Shown piece after piece: positions 17,225-26,774 of a stretch of DNA of 64,000 bases. The notes beneath the pieces are model-generated. The model saw nothing but the letters and a program-made list of their open reading frames with translations, was not told where the DNA came from and did no database searches. Numbering within the stretch: the stretch's first letter is position 1; the number at the start of each line of letters is the position of its first letter. The position numbers were made by a program, and so were the translations under genes. Source of the stretch: Nitrosopumilaceae archaeon (GTDB lineage: Archaea > Thermoproteota > Nitrososphaeria > Nitrososphaerales > Nitrosopumilaceae); assembly GCA_965214835.1 (NCBI GenBank), contig CBDCCK010000002.1, forward strand, positions 1,024,001 through 1,088,000, given 5' to 3'.

Positions 17225-20083
17225 GTGATTTTGTATAACGCCTCGACTGACAAGGAAACCCCCCCACCGGACACCGGAAAGTACATTCGCCTAGGCATTG
17301 TGGCGGTAATCGGCATAGTCATCTTCCTGATAGTGGGCAACCAGGCAGTCAGCCTTTCGATGAACTTTAGCGAGTTTGGGGACAAGTTTACCAAGCCGCT
17401 TTACTATTCCGTCGTCTCTGCATTGATACTTGCCTCAATAGCACTAATCAGGGTTAACGGATCCTCCAGATCCTCGGTGTTCTGGTACATACTTTCTACC
17501 ATGCTGGGATTTATCGGACGGAACCGGCATGAGCCGATTGCCACCAGCGTCCAAAGCTTTGCCGATTACAAGCTATCCGGGGTCCAGTTTGCAGTATGGC
17601 AGATAACCAAGGTACTGCTGTTTGGCGCGTTCTTTGCAAACATCATGTTCGGCTTTGCCGTGGTGTCTGTCGCAGGCGGCACGGATCTGGGACTGGCAAG
17701 CATCCCGATCCTGTTTACCCTGCCGTTTACGACCCCCCCGACTGATCCGTCGTTTGCAACAGAGAACGTAATCCCCATGGTACCGGCCCTGCTGGTCTTG
17801 ATCCCCCCGGTTTTAGGGGCGATAGGACTGAGGCTGATCCTTTATGTCGGACTAAGCTCCATAGTCAAGGTTGTAACTGCATACATCAAGGACTCCTCTG
17901 AGGGAAAGCCGCGATATCTGAACTACGTATCAACCGTTGAGGCGATAATCGGCATCGGTGTAATCTGGGCCGGATTCAACCTGTTCTTCACTGACTTTAT
18001 AGACTATAACACAAGGTATGTGATCGCCGGAACCCTTCTTATTGGATTTGCATTAATCGGATTTTCGGTTCTTGACAGGATACGTGCACGCGTTCTGACC
18101 CATATGTTCCAGCGTGATCTGTTGATCCGAATCGCCGTAATCGTCCTCATCGGGATCATAGTCGTCGCCCTGGTTGCAGCCAACGACAGCATTGCAGACG
18201 CAAAGAAGATCGAGTTTTTGGGACCCTACAAGGCACAGGAAATCGGCGTCAACCGGCATCTGGCAGAGCTAGACAGCATATCTGAGACGACGCATGATGT
18301 CAAGCTGGAATCCATCTCACCTAACAATATCAACAACTATGTAAGCCAGAACAGTGATCTGCTGAACGTCATCCGCGTGTGGGACTGGGAGGCCGCATCG
18401 GCCAAACTCAAGCCGGAGATCGGCCTGATTCCATATGTCGACTTTAACGATCAGGACATCTTGCGCTTTAACGACACCCTTTACTGGACCGCATCAATGT
18501 CACCCATCCTTCCAAACACCGTGGATCTGGGAGACAGGTGGTACAATGAGCACCTAGTGTACACCCATGTTCCCAACGGATTTCTTACCCTGGAGGCGAC
18601 CGGGGGGCAGATTGTCGACAGCAGTGAGTTCTTCCAGCAGCGCTCCATTTACTATGGCGAGGGCGGACTGCTGACAGACCAGTGGTCGGCATATCCGACC
18701 GATAGGGTAGAGTCAGATGAGCTGAACCAGGCATTTTACAACGGATCCGGCGGCCTTGACGTGCCTCCGCCACTAAGCTGGATTTTCGAGCCGAACTTTC
18801 TACTGTCCTTTCCAAGCGAGTCTGTCCACATCATGAGGTACAAGGATATCAACGACAGGATGGGAGCCCTGTATCCCTACTTTTTGTATCACATGTTTGG
18901 CCAGGACATTGACACGTTCCCCGTGACTGACGGCCAAAACACCTACTGGCTCGTCCCCCTAATCGTTGGATTTCAGGCCCACAATGTACCTTGGTCTGAT
19001 GGAAGCCCGTACCTGAGACTGGTGGGATATGCGCTGGTAGACTCGTATGACGGCGATATCACATTGCTCAAGACCGGCGATGACTTTTTTGCAGAGATGT
19101 TTGCAAGCCAGTACGATGATCAGTTCCAAGACATTCCCCCGTGGCTGGAGGAGCAGATCAGGTATCCTGCCGAACTATTCAACTGGAAGACCGATCGATA
19201 CAATACCTATCACGTGACAGACGTTGAGACATTCATCCAGGCAAACGAATTCTACGAGATTCCGCGGGAACTAGACACGTACTATATAGAGGCCAAACCC
19301 CCAGGATTTGAAGAGTCCGAGTTTGTCGGACTGCTCTCGCTGGAGCTAAAGGGATCTCAGGGAAGAAACCTTGCCGGCTATATGATCGTTGAAAACGATC
19401 TCTCAAACCTGGGCAAGATGAAGTTCTACGAGGTACCCCTGAACTCAACTACCAAACTAATCGGCCCTACCGCCGTACGTGAGGCACTAGACAAGGATCC
19501 TGATTTTGCACAGCTCAAAACCCTACTGAGAACCCCAAGAATCGGTGATAATATCCTGTATCGCGTGGGAGAGCACGACACATACTTTGTCCCGGTATAT
19601 ACTGCTGGTGCCGGCGGTGTGGTGGCACAGCTGGGAACCATTGCAGCAGTTGGCGCATCCTTTACCGGCGAGTATTATGTCGGCCTGGGCGACACCCAGG
19701 AGGACGCATTCAAGGCATATCTGCAGAAGCTGTCCGGCGTCGTTGCGCCCTCTACTAACGGAATAGACGCCTTGGAAGAACTAGACAGGGACGACAGAAT
19801 CGGCATTATTCATGCAACCTTCTCTGAGAATGGAATTACCGTATTGGAGCCCACTTCAATCCAAATTCCACTGTCATTTGAGAAGGGAAGCATAATCTTC
19901 TATACTAATGCGGAAACCGAGGATACCAAGGAGCTAATCTCTACCTTCATTGATGACTTTGTAAAGCCGCGGACCGACAGGGTATTCCTGTGGGAGGAGG
20001 ATGATATAGTCAGCATTGGTACGATTATTGTGGAGGATCAGATACCTGAAATCCACTTTATCTCCATAGAGGTGGGAAGCTAG
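17225..20083 (+). CDS. UPF0182-family integral membrane protein
   Basis: Multiple TM segments, R.WD, W.NEHLVYTH, IYYGE, RYP.ELF. Confidence 0.88.
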   Translation: MILYNASTDKETPPPDTGKYIRLGIVAVIGIVIFLIVGNQAVSLSMNFSEFGDKFTKPLYYSVVSALILASIALIRVNGSSRSSVFWYILSTMLGFIGRNRHEPIATSVQSFADYKLSGVQFAVWQITKVLLFGAFFANIMFGFAVVSVAGGTDLGLASIPILFTLPFTTPPTDPSFATENVIPMVPALLVLIPPVLGAIGLRLILYVGLSSIVKVVTAYIKDSSEGKPRYLNYVSTVEAIIGIGVIWAGFNLFFTDFIDYNTRYVIAGTLLIGFALIGFSVLDRIRARVLTHMFQRDLLIRIAVIVLIGIIVVALVAANDSIADAKKIEFLGPYKAQEIGVNRHLAELDSISETTHDVKLESISPNNINNYVSQNSDLLNVIRVWDWEAASAKLKPEIGLIPYVDFNDQDILRFNDTLYWTASMSPILPNTVDLGDRWYNEHLVYTHVPNGFLTLEATGGQIVDSSEFFQQRSIYYGEGGLLTDQWSAYPTDRVESDELNQAFYNGSGGLDVPPPLSWIFEPNFLLSFPSESVHIMRYKDINDRMGALYPYFLYHMFGQDIDTFPVTDGQNTYWLVPLIVGFQAHNVPWSDGSPYLRLVGYALVDSYDGDITLLKTGDDFFAEMFASQYDDQFQDIPPWLEEQIRYPAELFNWKTDRYNTYHVTDVETFIQANEFYEIPRELDTYYIEAKPPGFEESEFVGLLSLELKGSQGRNLAGYMIVENDLSNLGKMKFYEVPLNSTTKLIGPTAVREALDKDPDFAQLKTLLRTPRIGDNILYRVGEHDTYFVPVYTAGAGGVVAQLGTIAAVGASFTGEYYVGLGDTQEDAFKAYLQKLSGVVAPSTNGIDALEELDRDDRIGIIHATFSENGITVLEPTSIQIPLSFEKGSIIFYTNAETEDTKELISTFIDDFVKPRTDRVFLWEEDDIVSIGTIIVEDQIPEIHFISIEVGS

Positions 20084-20303
20084 TCTATGCTCTTGTGGCC
20101 AACAGCCCCTGCCAGCCACCAAAGCACCCCTCCCCGGGCGAGGTGAAAAAGGCAGCAGGAACCGCATTGGATCCATGGGCGCGTCAGGGATCGGCATGTC
20201 CGGATCCCCTGATCAATACTGCCATCCCGGCATGTGCGGGTGCCAAATGACGGCATTCTGCATCAAAATTCCCGATCCTGCAAGAGCCAGGGAACGAGGC
20301 AGG

Positions 20304-20585
20304 TCACAGCCTGTCCCCATGAATGCAGTCAATACGCATCCTCAGTTCTTTTAGTTCTGCAACCAGCATGTTGTGCTCATCTGTATTGTCCTGGAGGGCA
20401 GATTCCCACGGTTCGCCGGACATGTCGCCGTGCGCATCCTTGATGTTCTGCCGCTCAAGCACCACCTGCTCAATCTGTTCGTTTACCGCGTCGATTTCTG
20501 ACTGGATCAGCATCCCACGTACCGAGGCAATCTCCGGCTTGGGAATTTTTGGATGTTGTAACCAGGGTGATATCGTTGCTGCCAT
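20304..20585 (-). CDS. Hypothetical coiled-coil protein
   Basis: 93-aa ORF with heptad pattern; ATG start. Confidence 0.5.
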   Translation of the reverse strand: MAATISPWLQHPKIPKPEIASVRGMLIQSEIDAVNEQIEQVVLERQNIKDAHGDMSGEPWESALQDNTDEHNMLVAELKELRMRIDCIHGDRL

Positions 20586-20594
20586 TCACGCATT

Positions 20595-20762
20595 AGACTT
20601 TATGCGTAATCGGTTCAGATCTATAGTGAAGAGCATAAGTTCTTCAACAACGGAAAGCATTTCCCTGCGTAGTTCATGCCCACATGTGTTGAAGAATTTT
20701 TGCTCGTCACTATAGGATTATTACGAACAAATTCATCTCATTCAGGTCGATTTGCATAGTCA
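20595..20762. mobile_element. MITE family A copy interrupted by another MITE
   Basis: Colinear with reverse complement of 297-372 once 20624-20714 is removed. Confidence 0.85.
20624..20712. mobile_element. MITE family D (89 bp, TA duplication, IS630/Tc1-like)
   Basis: 26-bp imperfect TIR TAGTGAAGAGCATAAGTTCTTCAACA / TGTTGAAGAATTTTTGCTCGTCACTA; TA on both sides. Confidence 0.85.
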
Positions 20763-20796
20763 ACATATATGACATGGCTGATCAAGGGATTAAATA

Positions 20797-21681
20797 ATGC
20801 GCGAGACTGACGCCGTGACATGGCCCAACTTCTTTCATGTCGGCCCCACAAAAACAGGGACAACTACAATGTACCACATCCTGAGGGGGATCCATGGAAT
20901 GTACGTTCCCCTCGTGAAGGAACTGAATTACTTTACGCGCCGCATCAGCAAGAGGCAGTACCTCTCGTTTTACAGGAATGTCAGAGACGAGAAGATACTT
21001 GCCGACACCTCGCAATACTACTTTAGCGGTACCGCATGCCGGCGGATCCGCACAGTCAGGTCGGACGCAAAAATCCTGATCACCCTGCGGGATCCCGTCG
21101 AGCAGTTGTTTTCGAAGTTCCTGGTTGAAACCATAACGTGGCAATGGAGCACCCTCTCTTTTACGCAAACAATTGATCGCTTCACCAGCGACGACTATGG
21201 TGCCCTGTGTCGCGGCGACGTCGACAACAACCGCGATCTGCTGGATCTCAGAAAGTCAAACAAGTACTATTACTCCGAGCCACTGTCCATGTGGATTTCT
21301 GCCTTTGGGAGGCATAACGTAAAGGTGTTACTCCTTGAGGATCTGGTCGAAAACCCAGGGGATACGGTGGCAGGCCTGCTGGACTTTGTGGGAGGGGGGT
21401 GTACTGCCGACCTTGACTCGTTCGTCCTCAAGGCCCACAACAGCTTCCACGCCCACCCCTATATACCGCACAAAATCATAAATCGTATACCACCGTCATT
21501 CAGGAAACGCATCCCGTCTGGAATCAGGAGGTTTGCCCTCAAAAAAACCCCAAAACAAAGCAGGCCAAAGCCGCAGATGGATCCCTCAGACAGGTACAGG
21601 CTAAGGGATTTTCTCTGGGACGACGTTTCTGAGACAGAAAGGATACTGGGGCGCAGGCTTCCATGGAAGAACTTCCGATAG
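20797..21681 (+). CDS. PAPS-dependent sulfotransferase
   Basis: 5'-PSB loop GPTKTGTT, KELNYF, 3'-PB motif LRDPVEQLFS. Confidence 0.88.
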   Translation: MRETDAVTWPNFFHVGPTKTGTTTMYHILRGIHGMYVPLVKELNYFTRRISKRQYLSFYRNVRDEKILADTSQYYFSGTACRRIRTVRSDAKILITLRDPVEQLFSKFLVETITWQWSTLSFTQTIDRFTSDDYGALCRGDVDNNRDLLDLRKSNKYYYSEPLSMWISAFGRHNVKVLLLEDLVENPGDTVAGLLDFVGGGCTADLDSFVLKAHNSFHAHPYIPHKIINRIPPSFRKRIPSGIRRFALKKTPKQSRPKPQMDPSDRYRLRDFLWDDVSETERILGRRLPWKNFR

Positions 21682-21768
21682 TACCACGCATGTACAAAAG
21701 AACGCTGATAATGTAGCGAATCTGTTACAAAAGATGCGGAAGAATCAAAAAGTTCTTGGAGAAAGGTT

Positions 21769-21888
21769 GTAACAGGAATAGCCCTTAGGCAGGGTTGAAG
21801 TCACGACCACCTGCCGGACAGGCGTGAAAATCACAACTGCAAGCAAACGTGCGCCTGATTGTTGCTTAGACAGGGGCTATCATATTGC
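21769..21888 (-). mobile_element. MITE family B2, degenerate inverted copy
   Basis: Reverse complement homolog of 21967-22084; ends GTAACAGG..TAGCCC / GGGGCTA..ATTGC. Confidence 0.75.
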
Positions 21889-21966
21889 GTCTAATGTATG
21901 GGGTCACGTCCCACTGCAAAAGGCCAGTCTGCAGCGAGTCCCTGAATATTTTTCATCAGATCTGCC

Positions 21967-22084
21967 GTAATAGGTTAGCCCCTGCCTAGGCAGCAATCAG
22001 GCACGAGCCTGTCTACAGTTGTGATTTTCATGCCTGACAGGTAAGGGACGTGACTCCAATTCTAGGCAGGGGCTAACCTGTTAC
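21967..22084 (+). mobile_element. MITE family B2 (118 bp, IS66-type ends)
   Basis: 23-bp TIR GTAAyAGGTTAGCCCCTGCCTAG; perfect 8-bp TSD GATCTGCC at 21959-21966 and 22085-22092. Confidence 0.92.
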
Positions 22085-22130
22085 GATCTGCCTGAATCAT
22101 TAAATTAGCCCAGGCATCTTTTACAGCTCA

Positions 22131-22673
22131 TTGCTGCTGGTTGTGGATAATGGCTCTGTTTTTACAAGGAGGATATCCGATCTTCTTGAATCTGCCAAGA
22201 CAGAATATGATCTAAAGGCATTCTCAAGCATCAACCTGGAATCAATCTCCAAGTATCAGGCATTCATTCTGTCCGGAAGAAAGAGCAATGACAAAAAAAT
22301 GAACTCCGTCAACTCCAAAATAATACAGCACAGCGTCGAGAACTCGAAAAAACTCCTGGGAATATGCTATGGCGCAGAGCTGCTGGCCCTTGCCTTGGGC
22401 GGGACCATACGCAAGATGAGCTCACCACAGAAGGGCGAGGAAAAGATCACCCCCACCGGGCCCAATTCTCTGCTATCCGGCCCCATCACCGCATATGAAA
22501 GCCATGGCTACGAGCTTGCAAAACTAGGACCTCTTCTCGAGTCAACTGCCTCCTCTGACTCCTGCCTGCATGAGATGATCCAGCACAAGAGCAGGAAAAT
22601 CTTTGGAACCCAGTTTCACCCCGAAATGAGCGACGACGGCAGCCGTCTCATCGAATCGTTTCTTGACCTGTGA
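22131..22673 (+). CDS. Class I glutamine amidotransferase (GMP synthase subunit A-like)
   Basis: VDNGS, ILSG, GICYG nucleophile, QFHPE. Confidence 0.88.
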   Translation: MLLVVDNGSVFTRRISDLLESAKTEYDLKAFSSINLESISKYQAFILSGRKSNDKKMNSVNSKIIQHSVENSKKLLGICYGAELLALALGGTIRKMSSPQKGEEKITPTGPNSLLSGPITAYESHGYELAKLGPLLESTASSDSCLHEMIQHKSRKIFGTQFHPEMSDDGSRLIESFLDL

Positions 22674-22706
22674 ACGTTTTTAACAACTGCCCGCGGAAAT
22701 CCTGTC

Positions 22707-23663
22707 ATGACCTCTGAAGAGCATGACCTGCTGCTCCCTCTGGTGACCGAAGAGAACACCTGTCTGCCCCTATCCATAAACGTCGTATCAAAGTACTGGA
22801 ATGTCGATATCTCGATAGCCGAAGCGCAAGATCTTGCAAAAAAATACCCCGGCGTCAGCGGCAATGTCCTAATCGAAGGCATCGAGCTTGCCGAAAAACA
22901 CGGCCTCGTATCAAAGATAATCCACTCTGACACAACTGAGCTAAAAAAACTCATTGACATGGGGATCCCACCGATCGTAATCCTGCCCGGCATACAGGAT
23001 ATCGTTCAGCATGCCTCGGTAATATCCGGCCATGACCCTGATGACAGGACCATCATGCACTACATCCCAAAAATGGAGCAAGACGGGGCGTTTCACGTGG
23101 GCGTAATTCCCGAGCAAAGGTTTGATGATAACTGGTCTGAGGACGGAAGGCTCGCGATAATAATCGCACCCCCCGACGTCGCATCTGATCTCAAGTCATA
23201 CCGGGAGGAAAGGTCAAACCGCCTGTGCTTTGAGTCTGAAAGGTACAGTCTGACGAAAAACCCCGGCCGCACCATCGAGCTACTAAACGAGGCAGTATCA
23301 CTTGAACCGGACAATGTCACGGCACACTCCCTCCTGGGCTCGGCCCTCAATGATCAGAACTCCTCAGACTGCATCGAGCATTATGAAAAATGCATAAGGC
23401 TAAACAGGCGCTCCTATCTTGCCTACAGGGGGTTGGGGAACTATTTTCTTAAAACCAAGCAGTATGACAGGGCAGAACAGTACTATACCGAGGCAATAGG
23501 CATCAATTCTGAGAGATACGGGCCAATCTACAAGAACCGGGGCATAACGCGCCTGGAGCAAAAAAACAACCCCGGCGCCAGGTCCGATCTGGAGCAGTAC
23601 CTCAGGCACACCCCCGGCGCCCGGGATTATAAAAACATCCGGGAGGCAATCAGGGAACTATGA
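22707..23663 (+). CDS. C39-like peptidase domain fused to TPR repeats
   Basis: ENTCLP Cys, QHASVISGHD His; C-terminal TPRs (AYRGLGNY, YKNRG). Confidence 0.7.
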   Translation: MTSEEHDLLLPLVTEENTCLPLSINVVSKYWNVDISIAEAQDLAKKYPGVSGNVLIEGIELAEKHGLVSKIIHSDTTELKKLIDMGIPPIVILPGIQDIVQHASVISGHDPDDRTIMHYIPKMEQDGAFHVGVIPEQRFDDNWSEDGRLAIIIAPPDVASDLKSYREERSNRLCFESERYSLTKNPGRTIELLNEAVSLEPDNVTAHSLLGSALNDQNSSDCIEHYEKCIRLNRRSYLAYRGLGNYFLKTKQYDRAEQYYTEAIGINSERYGPIYKNRGITRLEQKNNPGARSDLEQYLRHTPGARDYKNIREAIREL

Positions 23664-23691
23664 TTAAATATCGTACAGATGCAAAAACATC

Positions 23692-23865
23692 ATGGATGCA
23701 AGGTGTCCCGAATGCGAGCAGGTGGCGGTTCTGGACGACGAAATTACAAGGGTAAAATGCCCGCACTGCAACTTTGAGGCCGACTATGAAAAATACCTGG
23801 AAATAATGACGGATCAGGCAGTCAACATGGCAGCCGATTATGTCCCAAAACGCCCCGGCATGTAG
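23692..23865 (+). CDS. Small zinc-ribbon protein (57 aa; not in ORF track)
   Basis: MDARCPEC...KCPHC; TTAAATA box at about 23664. Confidence 0.8.
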   Translation: MDARCPECEQVAVLDDEITRVKCPHCNFEADYEKYLEIMTDQAVNMAADYVPKRPGM

Positions 23866-23868
23866 ATG

Positions 23869-23961
23869 TCATGCGGGGCCGCCTCCACTATGCATCTAGG
23901 CACAAATTTGCACGCAGTTGTGACTTTCATGCCTGGCCAGCAAGGGGACGTGGCCACATAC
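23869..23961 (+). mobile_element. MITE family B
   Basis: Core GTTGTGACTTTCATGCCTGGCCAGCAAGGGGACGTGGCCACATAC; lies between convergent genes. Confidence 0.8.
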
Positions 23962-23964
23962 TAG

Positions 23965-24087
23965 CTACCAGTAGCTTCCCTTGTCAGAGCAGTCCAGATG
24001 GGCGCCGCAGTTGGGGCAGAACATGTGACATGCCTGCATGTGCGCCATCTTGCTTTCACACTTGGGGCATGCAACCTCCTCTGCCAT
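23965..24087 (-). CDS. Small zinc-finger protein (40 aa; not in ORF track)
   Basis: MAEEVACPKC...CHMFCPNCGAHLDCSDKGSYW. Confidence 0.78.
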   Translation of the reverse strand: MAEEVACPKCESKMAHMQACHMFCPNCGAHLDCSDKGSYW

Positions 24088-24161
24088 ACCAAACTACCTT
24101 TGAAAGTCATTAAAAAATATGTCCAAACCTTAATTAGGAGTTTTGGGAGTCTGGTGCATAC

Positions 24162-24569
24162 TTGACAAACTTCAAGGTCACAGTATCTGACGCAAAGGGA
24201 AAGTCAGTAACAAAGGAGCTAAAGGACAGCGACGCCACCGCACTGATCGGACTTGAGGTCGGCGGCGAGGCCGACGCATCCATAGTGGGGCTGTCAGGAA
24301 AAATCAAGATAACCGGCGGCAGTGACAAGTCCGGCGTTCCAATACGCGGTGACGTGCACGGGGGTGCAAGAAAGTACGTGCTGCTCTCAAAGGGGGTAGG
24401 ACTGCAAAAGGCAGAGACAGGCCAGCGCGTAAGAAAGCTTGTCCGGGGCAACCAAATATCTGAGGAAATCTACCAGATCAACTGCCGTTATGACGGGCAG
24501 CTGCCTGCCGAGGAGGCTCCCGCAGAAGAATCTGCAGACGGCGCAGATTCCGAAGAAAAGAAGGAATGA
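24162..24569 (+). CDS. rps6e: 30S ribosomal protein S6e
   Basis: KITGGSDKSG.P, RK.VRGN, QIN. Confidence 0.95.
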   Translation: MTNFKVTVSDAKGKSVTKELKDSDATALIGLEVGGEADASIVGLSGKIKITGGSDKSGVPIRGDVHGGARKYVLLSKGVGLQKAETGQRVRKLVRGNQISEEIYQINCRYDGQLPAEEAPAEESADGADSEEKKE

Positions 24570-24600
24570 CTTAAGATACCCCGCCTGTAAATTTTTGACA

Positions 24601-25863
24601 TTGCACTGGAAAGAAACGCTTCCTGACTGGTATGTTGAAAAATACGGCTATCAACCATGCGTCAATATTGGTACGGCAGGGCACGTGGATCACGGAAAAA
24701 CAACGCTGATCCAGGCGCTTACCGGCAGCTGGACCAGCGTCCACAGCCAGGAGCTCAAGCGCGGCATTACAATCCGTGTGGGGTACTCTGACGCGGCGTT
24801 TTACAAGTGTCCCAAATGTGAGGAGCCACTTGGATACTCGACAGTCCCGACATGTCCCAACTGTAACGGCCAAAGCGAGCTGTCCCGGGTGGTCAGCTTC
24901 GTAGACAGCCCCGGGCACGAAAGCCTGATGGCCAACATGCTCTCGGGCTCTGCCCTGATGGACGGCGCACTGTTGCTCGTTGCATCAAATGAAAAGGTGC
25001 CAAGGCCCCAGACCAAGGAGCATCTCCTGGCACTCCAGACCCTTGGCATAAAGCAGATCGTCGTGGTTCAAAACAAGGTCGATTTGATCTCCTACAAGGA
25101 GGCAGTATCCAACTATTCTGACATCTCAAAATTCGTCAAGGGGACAAACGCCACAAGGGCGCCCGTAATCCCAATCTCCGCCCAGTCCGGACTGAACACC
25201 GACGCACTAATCGGCGCAATAGAGTCCACCATCAAGACCCCCGAGCGCGACGAGTCCAAGGACGCCATAATGCACGTGCTGCGCTCCTTTGATGTCAACA
25301 AGCCTGGAACGCCGATCAAAAACATCAAGGGCGGCGTTATCGGGGGGAGCCTCACGCAAGGCGGGTTCGCGGTCGGCGACGAGATTGAGATCAAGCCTGG
25401 GATTGTCAACTCCAAAAAGAACACGTACGAGCCCATCCGGACCGAAATCACTTCGCTGGGAACGGGCGCCGGGATAGTCGACTCTGTCAAGCCGGGAGGC
25501 CTTGTGGCGATAGGAACAAAGCTTGATCCCTCCTTGACCAGAAGCGACTCCTTTATCGGCTCAATAATCGGCAAGCCCGGAACACTACCTGAAAACTCCT
25601 CAAGCACTGCACTGGAGGTCAGCCTGTTTGATCTTGCCGTGGGCTCGCAGGAGGAGACCAAGGTCCTTCCGATACAAAAGGGCGAAAACCTGAGGCTCAA
25701 TATTGGCACCGCGCCGATACTCTCGCAGGTCTCCAGCGTAAGGGGAAGGGACGTAGCGCTTCAGTTCAGGAGGCCCGTATGCCTGTTTGAGGGCAGCAAC
25801 GTTGCTATAAGCAGAAGGATTGCCGACAGGTGGCGGCTGATTGGTGCCGGAGTAGTTGGCTGA
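24601..25863 (+). CDS. eif2g: Translation initiation factor 2 gamma subunit
   Basis: GHVDHGKT, RGITI, Zn knuckle, DSPGH, NKVD, WRLIG; TTG start at 24601. Confidence 0.96.
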   Translation: MHWKETLPDWYVEKYGYQPCVNIGTAGHVDHGKTTLIQALTGSWTSVHSQELKRGITIRVGYSDAAFYKCPKCEEPLGYSTVPTCPNCNGQSELSRVVSFVDSPGHESLMANMLSGSALMDGALLLVASNEKVPRPQTKEHLLALQTLGIKQIVVVQNKVDLISYKEAVSNYSDISKFVKGTNATRAPVIPISAQSGLNTDALIGAIESTIKTPERDESKDAIMHVLRSFDVNKPGTPIKNIKGGVIGGSLTQGGFAVGDEIEIKPGIVNSKKNTYEPIRTEITSLGTGAGIVDSVKPGGLVAIGTKLDPSLTRSDSFIGSIIGKPGTLPENSSSTALEVSLFDLAVGSQEETKVLPIQKGENLRLNIGTAPILSQVSSVRGRDVALQFRRPVCLFEGSNVAISRRIADRWRLIGAGVVG

Positions 25864-26224
25864 CGTTATCTGTGATACGAATTTTTTAATCCACCTGGCC
25901 ACCTCCAGGATTAAGAACATCTCGGGCCTGGATGCCGAGATAGGCCAAATCCGTTTTGTAGTCCCAAGGGTCGTGATATTCGAGCTTGGCAGGCTATCGG
26001 AGATCCCGTCCAAAAAGGGCAGGGCACTGGCGGCCCTTGATTTTGCCCGAGGTAAAAAAACCCTCGACATAGACGGGGACTTTGCCGACAAGGCAATCCT
26101 GGAACATGTCAGACTCCACGGGGGCATCGTTGCCACCCTGGACCGCGGCCTAAAGTCAAGGATCAAGGGCGCGGGGGGAAGCATACTCTCGCTCTCAAAC
26201 GACAGGATCGTCTTAGAGCCATAG
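25856..26224 (+). CDS. PIN-domain protein (Fcf1/Utp24-like)
   Basis: DTNFL, EL, AD..I, VAT.D; usual position after aIF2 gamma. Confidence 0.88.
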   Translation: MADVICDTNFLIHLATSRIKNISGLDAEIGQIRFVVPRVVIFELGRLSEIPSKKGRALAALDFARGKKTLDIDGDFADKAILEHVRLHGGIVATLDRGLKSRIKGAGGSILSLSNDRIVLEP

Positions 26225-26655
26225 GGCTCTGTAATCTTGGCGACCCGGAATGCAGATCTTCCACGAAATCTGCCGTCTGTGGGGCCCTGCCGGGTTACTG
26301 GGATACGGATTTTGTTGACCTGACGGGTGGCAGTGCATCCATCGCCGGTAAAGCCAGATGATGCGCACCGGCGGGGTGTCCGACATGCACGGCCTGCACC
26401 CGTAGTGGCAGCATGACAGACGCGGCAGAAGGCCTCATGCAGCCAGTCGGCTGGGTGCGCCGCCGGGCGAGGTGCTTAGGAGGGCGGCGTGGAGGCTCCC
26501 CGGGATCGAGCGGACGGGCAGGATCCCGATGTCGGGCCGGAGAAGGCCATGAGGGTGCTGTCCAGAACGGACAGCGTGATCGCCCCCCGGAAGCTCCGGG
26601 GCGACATGCTCGAGGGGATCGGAGTCCCGTACTATAGCCCGCACATCAAAAAACG

Positions 26656-26718
26656 GATCATAATTTTGACACATCGTGCCTATTTCGATAAAAAAACATC
26701 CCGTTTTCAACTGTGCGC
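26656..26718 (+). repeat. Dispersed ~60-bp repeat (copy 2 of 3)
   Basis: GATCATAATTTTGACACATCGTGCCTATTT...TTTTCAACTGTGCG. Confidence 0.7.
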
Positions 26719-26774
26719 ACTACACGACGGTCTGTAGATAAAGGCCGCCCTGATCTGGCTTTCTTCGGATCCGC

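Noticed and set aside
26243-26330. Weak similarity to 36167-36275 (ACCCGGAATGC...GGGGCCC)
   Set aside because: Too patchy to call a repeat family by eye.
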